Made by a program: the position numbers and the translations under genes. Of a stretch of DNA of 64,000 bases, positions 47,801 to 60,050 are shown piece after piece (the first letter of the stretch is position 1; each line of letters begins with the position of its first letter). The stretch comes from the human T2T-CHM13v2.0 reference genome, Homo sapiens. Location: NCBI RefSeq assembly GCF_009914755.1, contig NC_060942.1. One strand, 5' to 3'. Under the pieces are notes generated by a model. That model saw nothing but the letters and a program-made list of their open reading frames with translations, had not been told where the DNA came from and ran no database searches.

Positions 47801-48611
47801 TCTCCAACTGAAAGGTGTCTACTTGCTTGACAGTATGCGCAACTATGTGTTTGCAGCTGTCACACCGCAGAATAAACAGTTGGAGGAAGGAGTTGGGTGG
47901 GTTTCTGGTGGTCAGTTTCAGGAAATACACCCTTCTTAGTTCTGAGCTCAGGTTCCGAATCAATACGTTTTGGAGACTTATTTTTTTTTCCAGACTGGAA
48001 ATGCGCTAAACCTAATAGTTAACCTTAAGCATGCCATCACTTCTGCTGAAAACATTTTCTACACACAGCCCCAAATTACTTTCAGTTGGGTTAAACAAAA
48101 CAGACAAGCTGTAATACAAGGTCTCTGAGAAATGTGATCCTTTTCAATGGTCACCCAGGAGCTTTTCCTTTAAATCTGTTTGGCGGGGGATGGGGGAGAT
48201 AGGGAGGAGAGCACCCAAATTAAGATGCCACCCGGAGCACAATGATATTCTCAAGAAAGTTGCCTAAGATAACTCTTCAGGGTTTCCCTGGTTGAGTAAT
48301 TCTTGCAGGAGGGTGGGGAGGGATATCTGGCGTCCAAGATTACGATCTGCAGAGGTCTCCCTATGTTGACTTTTTTTTTAGGGCGTCCTTTTTAATTATA
48401 CTGCAAGGACTCTGATTTCCACCTCCTTGTCTGCTGCTGGGGGGAGTTGAGAGCAACGCGCCAGGGCTGCGGCAGCCGCTCGGGCCAACTCCGGCGCTCA
48501 GGGGCGGGCAGCCCACTCCCCGCGGGTCCCACCCTCTCCAGCACACGCGCGCACACCCGCGTGGAGACGGCTGTCCTCGCCCGTCTGCCCCGCGCCCCAG
48601 CTGGGACTCAC

Positions 48612-48732
48612 CGTTGTCCAGGCGCGCGATCTGGGGCAGCCGGTAAGTGCTGACCAGGAGGTCGAGCGGCACGGCCACCGAGCTCCACTTCACATCCTTG
48701 AGGCTGCAGCCCAGCGAGGGCGCCGGGTCCAT
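48612..48732 (-). CDS. GAREM1: GAREM1 (GRB2-associated regulator of MAPK1 / FAM59A) first coding exon, 121 nt, phase-1 intron follows
   Basis: Translation MDPAPSLGCSLKDVKWSSVAVPLDLLVSTYRLPQIARLDN(G) matches the recalled GAREM1 N-terminus. Strong Kozak context (aagATGG). Ends at canonical donor AACG|GTGAGT (GT at 48611-48610). Lies in a CpG island. Confidence 0.95.
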
Positions 48733-49186
48733 CTTCCCCGAAGCCTCCTGTCCCGCGCTCCCCCGCCGCCGCCACCGGCACCACCCGCGCCTCGGCGGCC
48801 GCCGCTGCTCGCGCTCGCGGTCTGGGGCGCGCGGGAGGCGCCGGGCAGCTCCGGCCGCGGGCAGCCGGGGGGGCGCGGCGACTGGGGCGGCCCGGAGGGA
48901 GGGGGCCGGCGCCCGGCTCAGCTGCCGCTGCGGGGCATGGCTGGGGCGCCCCGCGTGCCCTCACGCCCGGAGAAGACTCAGAGCAGCCGCGCGGCTGCGG
49001 GCGGCGGCGGCGGCCCGGGTGGCTGCGGCGGCTCCCGCTCCGCCTCCTCCTCTGGCCCTGGGTCTGCAGCTGCGGCGGCCGCCCGCTCGCCTCCTCCTCC
49101 TCTTACCCCTCCTTCCCTCCGCCTCGAGCGTGTGAGGAGGAGCCGCGGGTCTGAGAAACGCCATAGCAGCGCTCCCAGCACTGACT
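48733..49186 (-). other. GAREM1: Probable GAREM1 5' UTR (GC-rich, GCC/GGC runs); TSS approximate
   Basis: Contiguous GC-rich sequence upstream of the ATG. Initiator-like TTAGTCAGT on the minus strand near 49186, with GC boxes just upstream. TSS is inferred. Confidence 0.6.
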
Positions 49187-50655
49187 AATCAACAAGGTGC
49201 GAGCAACGCCTGCGCAGCTCTGGGAGACACCGCCTCCGCCTCCCAGGCGCCGCCCGCTCCGCCCCCAGCTCGGCCTCCGCCTCCCGCAGCTCCCGCGGCC
49301 CGGCAGGCTCGCGTCAGCTCCCCGGCCGGGGCCGCCAGCGCCCGCGGCTCGGCGCGCTCCGCAAGCTTTAGCTCTCGCTCCCCCGTCCGACCACTCGGGC
49401 GCCCTGCAGTCTCGCCGGGTGCTGCTGCGCGCCCCGGCTCCTTCCCCGCCCAGGCCCGTCCCCGGAGCCCGGGAATTGCCGAGCGAGCTCAGGTATCGCT
49501 CCCTGAGTCGTGGTGTCGGGCACCGTCCGCCTCCACTCCCATCCTGGCAATGCGGTGGCTAAATACAAGGCACAAAAGATACCTTTAGTGGCGCTCCCTC
49601 TTGCTTCCCGGTGACCCAGACTTTGGTCAGAAGAGTACCACAGCCCAACGGGGCTGCGGACGGCAGGCGTGGAGCACGCCTTGGCGTTTCCCCTCAACCC
49701 TACTCCTCTACCATCGGAGCTGGAAATGACTCCCAACAGTCTCAGCTTTGGCTACTAGATAAGATAAAAAGGGCAAAGCACCGAAAAGCGGAAAGGTGGT
49801 GGGTGATGAGTACCCACATACAGGAAGGTGGCCATTCGGTCTAGGACCTTCACTGAGTGAACGAGCTGCTGGAGGCGACGGGAGTTGATGAGGCCACCAA
49901 ACACCGTAGACACGGAGATGGGAAGGGAAAACTAGGTTACTGGGAGGCTGCTGGGGTCAGCTGTTCTCACCCGCTTTTCCCATTCAGTTCTCTTCTCATC
50001 TTAAAGGTTGGGATCATTCTCGTTTTCTAGGTATATGTACCAAGACATTAGGTAGTTTGGCAAGATTTTATAACTCGTAGATGGCCGTGCTGGGATTCAA
50101 ACCTACAGTTTGCTTTGCATGATCAATCATTCTCTGTCTCTCCCGATGTTTGACACGGCCTGCTCACTGTGGACAGAGCTCAGAATATAAAGGTGGCATG
50201 TCCTGCCTTGTATGCTAATCTGCTTTCTTTCTTTCTGTCTTTCTTTCTCTTTCTTTCGCTTGCTTAACATTTTGTTAAAATAGCAGAGGTGAGTGGTTGC
50301 TAAGGTTGCGTATCTGCTCTGTTTTCAACACGTATTCAATGTTCAGTGCTTGATAAGGTACAGCAAGTACCCGCTTCGCCAGCCCAAGGGGACTTGAAAA
50401 CATCCCGCTGCCTTTTCGTGGCCTGGCTTAAAAGGTCTGTGCTAATAAACCACTCCATTAACATTTGAAGAAAAACACAGATTCTTCTACACCCACCTTC
50501 CTGATCCTCTCACTTTGAAGCATTAGCGATAATTTTCACAAAATTCATCTGAAAGTTTTGACCTTTGGGTCATTCACATTGATTTTTTGAAAAAGTCTTG
50601 GAAAAAAGTGGGAAGTATTTTACTATAGAGTGTATGCAGAATCAGAAGTCCATAA

Positions 50656-51006
<351 letters not shown>

Positions 51007-52529
51007 TTAAGTGCCAGCTAATTTCTTTTTCTGAATAATTAATCACTTCTGGAAATAAAGCTCAGAATCCAAAAATGACATAGGAAACATCTAAGATTGG
51101 GCAGGGTCAAGGGTCTTTCAACCTGTAAGTAGATCCTAAACCCTTATATGGTAGGCTGATTTTTTAAAAAATGACTTTGTTACTTTTATATTCTCTTTAA
51201 AAGCTTCAGAGAATAAGAGAAGTAGTTTCCTCTCACAAAAGGACTGGTGACTTTTGACCTAAAGACAAGATAAAAAGTAAAAAGATTAATGTAATCAACT
51301 TTTTAAAAATCAATAAAGGACTTACATTAGATCTGTTATTGCTGACCTTGCAGAAAAGGTTTTATTTCAATCTTGAGTATTAAAAGGAAGAAATTTTAGT
51401 GAGCTGCAAATTCTTAGTAAGTTTCATGTCCTGGAAGAACTCTTACAGAAGGATTTTATTTGTGAGATGGAGAGTTTTGGTTAAACTGCCGAAAACAAAA
51501 ACAAAAAGCAGTTGAGAGGGGTAATCTTTCAGTCTGGCTGAACTGTACTTCCAAACATGTTTCTTAAGGTTGTTGGAACAATGCAAACTGTGTATACAAA
51601 AGCATTACAACTTGGTGCAGGGGCAAAGCTTACAGGACTTTGAAGTTTATGAAAAGGAACATCCAAGAAAAGTTTTCTTTAAGGCAACAATTGATGCACT
51701 GGTCCCTTGTTCCTACTAAGTACCTTTACAAACTGAGATTTGTGAATTAAAATATCAGCTCCAGAGCCAGATGGCTTGGATTTGATTAGTGGCTCTGCTT
51801 CTATTTAATGTCATGGGAAACTTGCTGTTTCCTCCTCTGAAAAATGAAGATAATAATAGTACTCATCTCATAGGGTTGATATGAGAATTTAATCATTTAA
51901 TATACATTTAGCATTTAGAATAGTGCCAGATGCATAGGAAGTGCTATGGAAGTATTAACATTTGCTATTATTATTAAAAACCATTGGCTTTAAAGGGCAA
52001 AATTTATAGAAAAGATGAAGAGATAAATGCTGACGATTTGAATAGATTTGAAAAATAAGAAATGATTAGATTTGGGAAAATAGTTATATCAGGCAAGGAG
52101 TAGAAGAACACTTTTTAAATGACAAACCTAGCTGGGGGACTTCATTGCAAATCTAGAGTCTGTGGGGTTAATTTATTCCACAGTGAACCCGCCTCCTACC
52201 CAGCAGACCCAGGCAGTGATCATGAAGACTCTGTATATGCTATTGATAAGCCCAAAGGTGAATCAGGTAAATGACACTACAGGACTCAAGTGACAGACAC
52301 TTGCCAGCTTCCTAACTGTGAGTCTACTGTTTATACACGCATAACTTGTTAATTCTCTGCATTATCAGCTTTGCAAGATAAAAATATTACATATTGGTTT
52401 TCCTCATATCAGAGTGTCCTGGCTCACATAATATTCTAGCAGTCAAGTGCAATATCAAAGTTCACAGCCCTAGTGATTTTTTAGGTCTCCCCATTCTTTC
52501 CCCTTTCACTTAATTGCCATGTGATCCCC

Positions 52530-53090
52530 AGAGCTAACTTGAAAGACAGTCCCTAGCTAATGCTTTTTGCAGTATCTATATCGTCATTGTCTATGAAATT
52601 AAGTGTAGAGCCCTTGGCATGGCGTAGAAGGTTCTTCCCTTATGTGGCTGGGTCTGCCTCCCTAACCTCACTCCTGTTTGGCTACCTTCTAATACCCTAT
52701 GATCTGGGGTAGCACCTGCTTGTAGTTGCCCAAATGTATCATGGTAATGCATACCCTTGTAGAGCTTGTTCTCTCAGCTTAGAATGCCTTTCTCCTTTTC
52801 TCTTACTGTGAAAACTTCATTCCAGCTCCAGCTTCCTGCATTCCATGAGCTGCTGTATCTCCTCCTCCAAGGAGATTCCTTTTTCTGTGTTACCATTGCA
52901 CCTGCAATACCCTCTTTTGACTGTACTAGTTGCACTCTGATTAATTATCTTCCTATATTAGCTTTGCCTACTAGACAACAATTGACTGTGGACACAAAGA
53001 GTTTTTTTTTTTTTTTACCTCTGTTTTACCAGCTCCTATTACCATGCCTGGCACACAGCAAGTGCTCAATTAATGTTTGTTGAATTGAGT
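52530..53090 (+). mobile_element. L2 3' fragment
   Basis: Ends CCATGCCTGGCACACAGCAAGTGCTCAATTAATGTTTGTTGAATTGA. Further L2-like remnants at ~23320-23520, 29750-30100, 30730-31040, 43050-43270 and 58430-58700. Confidence 0.65.
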
Positions 53091-53182
53091 AATCAATGCA
53101 CTGAGTCAACTTCTCACTCTATATTATTTTGTAGGTCACTGCAACTCCTTTTTTTCCCCAAGCCAAATGGTATACAGCTTTA

Positions 53183-53509
53183 AAATTTTATTTACTTTAT
53201 TTTTTCATTTCATTTTTTATTTTATTTATTTATTTTTTTGAGACAGGGTCTCTCTCTGTGGCCTAGGCTGGATGCAGTGGCACTATCATGGCTCACTGCA
53301 GCCGCCAACTCCTGGGCTCAAGTGATCTTCTTGCCTCAACCTCCCAAGTAGCTAGGACTACACTCATATGCCACCATGCCTGGCTAATCTTTTTTATTTT
53401 TTGTAGAAACCAGGTCTTGCTATGTTGCCCAGGCAGGTCTTGAATTCCTGGGCTCAAGCAGTCTACCCACCTAGACCTCTCAAAGTGCTGGGAGCTACCA
53501 CGCTTGACC
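53183..53509 (-). mobile_element. AluJ-like, inserted in the HMGN2 pseudogene 3' end
   Basis: AluJ motifs (CTCCTGGGCTCAAG, GCTATGTTGCCCAGG); TSD GTAT[A/C]CAGCTTTA (53170-53182, 53512-53524). Confidence 0.88.
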
Positions 53510-53539
53510 TTGTATCCAGCTTTATTAAGATACTTTTCA

Positions 53540-53901
<362 letters not shown>

Positions 53902-54874
53902 TCAAATTCTCTCCTTCAATGGACTACTCAAATCAGAAAGCCACTCTAAAACCCAAACGAACTCTTCATTTGATACCCTGACCCAGCCACGTAAGGGAAG
54001 AACCTTCTATGCCATGCCAAGGGCTTTACACTTAATTTCATAGAAAATGAGGATATAGATACTGCAAAAGGCATTAGCCAGGGACTGTCTTTCAAGTTAG
54101 CTCTGGGGATCACATGGCAATTAAGTGAAAGGGAAAAGAATGTGGAGACCTAAAAAATCACTAGGGCTGTGAACTTTGATATCACACTTGACCGCTAGAA
54201 TATTATGTGAGCCAGGACACTCTGATATGAGGAAAACCAACATGGAAGGGAAAGTTTACATGAAGGGTTGACATTTCACATTTAGCATGTTGTTTAATTT
54301 TTCATGAGCCAACCCTGACTTTCAAGAAATGGTGGAATTTATCTGACGAGCCACAGTCTAGAACAGGAACTGCTGCTCTTTTGAGGGATGCCATCTCAAT
54401 GGTACCACTGGAAAGTCCAGATTGCCTGGCACACTGGTAACTGATTTTGGGAGGGTCTGGTTCCAACAGGTGTATGGGTTTAAGGGAGTTAAATCTATGC
54501 TGAAGGCAGAGAGCGAGAAGAGGACATAAAAATGCATTTTAGTTTTTCCACACCACCGGGCATTTGTGCCAAGGTGGCTATGTGTGTCAACCTCAAGGAA
54601 TCCTTCCTCCTGGATGCCAAGAGGAAGTCTCTTAAAACTAGAAAGGAAAGGTATTTTCCCACATCAATTCAGCTTCAGGAACATTCTATTAGTAATATAT
54701 GCCCCTTCCTCAGAAAACCACAATGAAGTGTTTGGTGTGCTAACAACATAGCCTAAAAGAACAGGAAAACAAAATTCTGCACTTTTATATAATTTGGCAA
54801 AAAATCATATTTCAGACTGCCGTCACCAGAGTACACAGATACTGAAAATGCACACACTGCACTCGGCATCTTCA

Positions 54875-55075
<201 letters not shown>

Positions 55076-55551
55076 TCACCTTGACTTTATCTTCTTAGCA
55101 TCCCCTTCATCTTTTCTCTTGGGCAGGTTGGTGACTGCAGTAGGACATAAGTGCTGGAATCAGAGATGCAACAGCCTGCGAGCTTTGCTCAGTCCCGGGG
55201 TCATTCTTGCCTCTTTCACACTGCTCTAATCTCTTAATTATAAACAACATTCATCAAGTCTAGAAATGTTCAAGATTTTTGAGATTTTAATTCCAAATAG
55301 CAATGTTTCCTATCAGATTGGCCCCCAATTCTTTTTATTCATCTGAAAATTTGAATTTCATTGAATTCAAGATCTGCACTCTTATTACCCAAGTAGAGAT
55401 TATGCTTCTAGACTAGCAGTTCCAACATGTATTAAAACCATTAGCATATGTGTTATTGTTTGTTAATTTTTTATCTTCCTTACTAGGACTTCACCCCCAG
55501 AAGAGCTTTCTTTATTATCTCTGCATCCCTAGCATTTGGCATATAGTAGAC

Positions 55552-55556
55552 AGTGT

Positions 55557-55593
<37 letters not shown>
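55552..55593. repeat. (GT)n microsatellite followed by AT-rich low complexity
   Basis: Direct reading. Confidence 0.9.
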
Positions 55594-55596
<3 letters not shown>

Positions 55597-55730
55597 TGAA
55601 TAGATATATAGTGTGATATATATGCATGCATATATATTGTGATATACATATGTTGAATGGATAAAAATACCATAAAACAGCATATCTCATATGGACACTT
55701 TCTGAAAGTCTCTTAAAAAATACTCAAACT

Positions 55731-56081
<351 letters not shown>

Positions 56082-56471
56082 TTAAGTAGATCACTGGATA
56101 AGACAGATATTACAGTGCCAATATAGGAATATTAAGGAAAATATCACCAGTTGCAAATTAAATTTCATGCAGGCTTGTTTGCTTTTAAAACAATACATAA
56201 CAAATCTCCATTTAGAAATACATATCACATTGTGACCCAGTACACACATACATATAAATTGAAACAAAAGTTATATAAAACAGTATTTATTTGTATACTT
56301 ATCATATCAACTGCATCCTGATCTTTTACTTTTTATTTATTTCTTTATTTTTAGTGCTAATCATGACCCACTAACTTTATAGATTTCACAATCTATAATG
56401 GGTCACAACCTGCAATTTAAAATCCACCATTCAAAATAATAGTTTCTTTTGTGCATTAAGTATTTACATTT

Positions 56472-56504
56472 CACTTGATCTTAGCCAAAAGGCCGAGAAG
56501 CGAT
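56472..56504 (-). pseudogene. 3'-truncated U2 snRNA retrocopy (U2 nt 1-33)
   Basis: Minus strand reads ATCGCTTCTCGGCCTTTTGGCTAAGATCAAGTG, the 5' end of U2. Flanked by direct repeat AGTATTTACATTTCA (56459-56473 and 56506-56520). Confidence 0.93.
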
Positions 56505-57639
56505 GAGTATTTACATTTCATCAAAAGAAGGAGCATTATGGTTAAAATTGTTGGAGCTTCTAAAATTTATGAATACTCAGAAGCAAAACTGTAGATGATA
56601 AGAATTTAATTATTTAATTTACCAAAATCATCATATATGTTTCTCTATGTGTATGTGTATGCATGTGTATGTGTAACTTCATAGGTTCTAAGTTTGGGTT
56701 TATGAAGAAGCTAGCTCTTTGTGGGTGGTGCTTCTACTTTTACTCTCAGCCAAGCACAAGACCTCCTCTTGAGAAGCTGCTGGTAGTGAGAAATGATCCT
56801 GGGTGGGGCGTGGCTTTTCTGCTGTTTGAATAAATTCTTTCTGAAAGTAAAGCAGAATTGCTAACTCATCACTAATTATTCCTTGTGCATATGTGAATGA
56901 ACTGTTTTTAATACTACACTTGAAGTATTGGTTAAAGAAACAGATAGCTTAATTGGTTATGTCATTTATGAACTAAATAAGCTAAGATTCTTTCTGCCTA
57001 CAAGAGTCTATGGTTTATGACATAATTTAGATTTTTCTCAATGTATTTATCTACTTAATGTGGCAAAGCACAGGTAGGAAACCTTTCATTTTGTTATTTT
57101 TAGCGTCAAACTAATCATTCATATTATTAAATATTTATTAGTGACCCAAATCTTCCCAGGATGTATACGAGTTTGTTGTTGAGCTGATGATTTGAATCTT
57201 CAAAGGAGTTTCAGTGTCAGAGGCACTTACAGATGGCTTCCAGTTTTAAGCCTTCCATAGAAAGATAATGAGATCTTAGCTCCCTGCTGACAAGTCCTCT
57301 AAAGAAAGGCTGTCATACATGTTTTCCTAGGCTGCAGATTCTTCTCCCCTCTCTTGTAGTAAGCAGGGAGAAGGGAAAGACAAGAAAGATGGTGGTTATG
57401 CTGGGTACCTCCCTGGGCCCCTGACTACACTTATTCAAACTGGACACATTTTTCCTTCCTGACCTCTCATTTTTCAGGTTCCTGGTCTCTGAAGGCTTGA
57501 GAGTATCACATTAATATACTTAGAATTGCTTAAGATTATACTTAACTTGCCTAGCAGACTTTCTAATCATTTCCAAACCCATGTCTTAAAGAGTTTTTGC
57601 CTTTCCCCCACCTCAGAAGCAAATTAAAAATTTCCCAAA

Positions 57640-58180
57640 AGTTGTGTTTAAAATATCTATTTTATAAAATTTTGAAAATGCAAAACATTTAATGAAGAAA
57701 AAATATGACCTATAATCCCATCAGCCCAAGTTAACTTTTTATCACTCTTCATATTGGGTGTGTATTTTACTTTTTCTGTATATGTATGTGTAGATCTATT
57801 TAGTTTGGATTAAACTATAGTATAATTTTGTAGTCCACCTTTCTCATTTAACAATATATTGTCAACACTTTCCATATTGATATATATTCCAAAAGGTGAT
57901 ATTTAATGACTTGTATAGTATTTCATCATATGCACATACTGTAATTTATCCAACTCTTTATTATTTGACATTTTTATTGTTTATAATTTTTTATTATTAA
58001 TAATTCCTTCGTGACTATCCTTGTAGGTATATCTTTGGGCATAACCATGACATTTTTCCCCTTAATATAATTTCCTACATGGGGACTTGCTGTATTAGAA
58101 GGTATGAACTTTTTTAAAGGCTTTTGATATAAACTGCCAATCTACTTTCCAGAAACGTGTGAATTTTCATTTCCACTATT
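57640..58180 (-). mobile_element. L1ME-type fragment
   Basis: Degraded reverse L1 3' region (TTGATATAAACTGCCAATCTACTTTCCAGAAA). Confidence 0.55.
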
Positions 58181-58916
58181 TGGAAGCAAAGTCACCTTGA
58201 AGGGACAAGATAGTTCCCAGGTCAGAGCAGGTTTTATTGACAGTCTCAACATTTAGCGAACTCTAGCAATGTAGTTTATATCAGGCTGATACTATTAAAC
58301 TGACTTTCTTTTTTCTGATGACTTGCCTGCCTAAGTAGTGAGGAATCCTTGTAGATTCCTTGCTTTGGGTCCTGGGACTGAGTATTCCATTAACAGGAGG
58401 AGGAAGAGAAAGAGAAAGAATTGGTTTGATTTGGACATATTGGATTGAGTCACCTGTAAAATATATGAAGTAGACAATTGGAAATAAAGATCTGGAGCTT
58501 GGAAAGAAATTAGGGAAAGACGCACATTTTAAGTCATAGGAATGGATACGATATCCCCAGGAAGGACGTAGATTGCAAAGAGAGAAGGGAAAATGACAGA
58601 ATCTTGGGGAATACCAACACTTAAGGGTCACAGAGGAGGACGCAGCAGAAGATATTGAGAAAGAATAGTCAGAGAAATAGGAATAGAATTATAATTGTTA
58701 GGCATTCCTTTTCCCACACAGGTTCTTTTCCTACACCTTGAAAATTCTCCAAGGCTCATCTTTAACTGCCTTCAAGAAACCATCTCTTTGTCAGAATCAA
58801 TTTTATCCTTCTCTATAGTATTTTGAGTGACTATTACCACAATAATAATGTATTGTGGTTATCATGGTTATCTTTGTGCATTTCTTAATCTCCTTATTAA
58901 ACAATAAATCAAGAAG

Positions 58917-59400
58917 TGTGAAAGTCTGAGAGTTTACCTACTTGGAAGCTAATAAGTAAGCCTGCCACACTTATATGGAAGCTGGCAGAAGATAAGAGAC
59001 TCCTAGATCACACACAAAGGATTGATTACTTTTGGTGCAGCAGTCAGCATGAACTTCATGTTCACACGAAGTCTCTTTCCCCAGATCTCATGGGGTGACT
59101 CAGAGAGGCCCAAGTAGATTCTGCACACAGAGTGGACTTGTGTTATAGCAGAGATTAGGAAACCAAACCTTTTATAAGCAAACCTGACCTATCCTTTCCT
59201 CCAGAGGTAGCCCTTGTATTTGTTTTGCTAGACAGCACAAAAACTGCCCTCTGATCCAAAGGGAGACATTATCTCTGTCTTCTAAGGCTGTTCATGATAC
59301 AAACATTCTCAAAAAGATGAGCTAGAACAAAAGGTGTCAATGCCCCTGCTCACAAGATGTTCAGAAACCCTAGAGACCCAAGAATATTGTCTCTCAATAG
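58917..59400 (-). mobile_element. ERVL-type LTR remnant (MER54/73/74-group-like)
   Basis: GCTAATAAGTAAGCCTGCCAC...GCTGGCAGAAGATAAGAGACTCCT motif; subfamily uncertain. Confidence 0.5.
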
Positions 59401-59533
59401 GCATGCTAATGTCTTGTATATTTTTATGTGCCACTTGCATCTCCCAGGTTAGTGCCTTGCTATGAGAGTTGCTAATACATAGTTGTTGAAATAATGATTT
59501 AGAAATGACAGCAACATCAGAGATAGTTTAGAG

Positions 59534-60050
59534 CAGTGGTCCCCAACCTTTTTGGCACCAGGGACTGGTTTTGTGGAAGACAGTTTTTCCATGGACCGGG
59601 TCAGTGGAGAATGGTTTCGGGATGATTCAAGCACATTACATTTATTGTGCACTTTATTTCTATCATTATTACATTGTAATATATAAGGAAATAATTATAC
59701 ACCATAATGTAGAATCAGTGGGATCCCTGAGCATATTTTCCTGCAACTAGATGGTCCCACCTGGGGGTAATGACAGTGACAGGTCATAAGGCATTAGATT
59801 TTCATTAGGAGGACCCAACCTAGATCCCTCATGTGTAGTTCATGATAGGGTTCGCCTCCTATGAGAATCAAATGCCACCACTGATCTGATAGGAGGCAGA
59901 GCTCAGGCGGTAATGTGAGCAAAGGGGAGTGGCTGTAAATACAGATGAAGCTTTGCTTGTTTGCCTGCCACTCACCTCCTGCTGTGCAGCCTGGTTCCTA
60001 AGAGACCATGGACTGCTATCAGTCCATGGCCCAAGGGTTGGGGACCCATG
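59534..60050 (+). mobile_element. MER1A (hAT-Charlie) non-autonomous transposon
   Basis: TIRs CAGTGGTCCCCAACC / GGTTGGGGACCCATG; perfect 8-bp TSD GTTTAGAG (59526-59533, 60051-60058). Confidence 0.9.

Larger units (their letters stand above)
48440..49700. promoter_or_regulatory. GAREM1: CpG island / TATA-less promoter of GAREM1
   Basis: Abrupt very high GC and CpG density versus flanks. Sp1/KLF-type GC boxes (e.g. CTCCGCCCC ~49257-49265, CCCCGCCC ~49444-49451). Spans exon 1. Confidence 0.9.

Noticed and set aside
48361-48611. C-terminal part of the 123-aa ORF 48361..48732
   Set aside because: Read-through past the GTGAGT donor into intron 1; only 48612-48732 is GAREM1 coding.
48447-49844. 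Several long Pro/Arg/Ala-rich ORFs on both strands of the CpG island
   Set aside because: Stop-codon scarcity in GC-rich DNA; mostly non-ATG starts and no recognisable domains.
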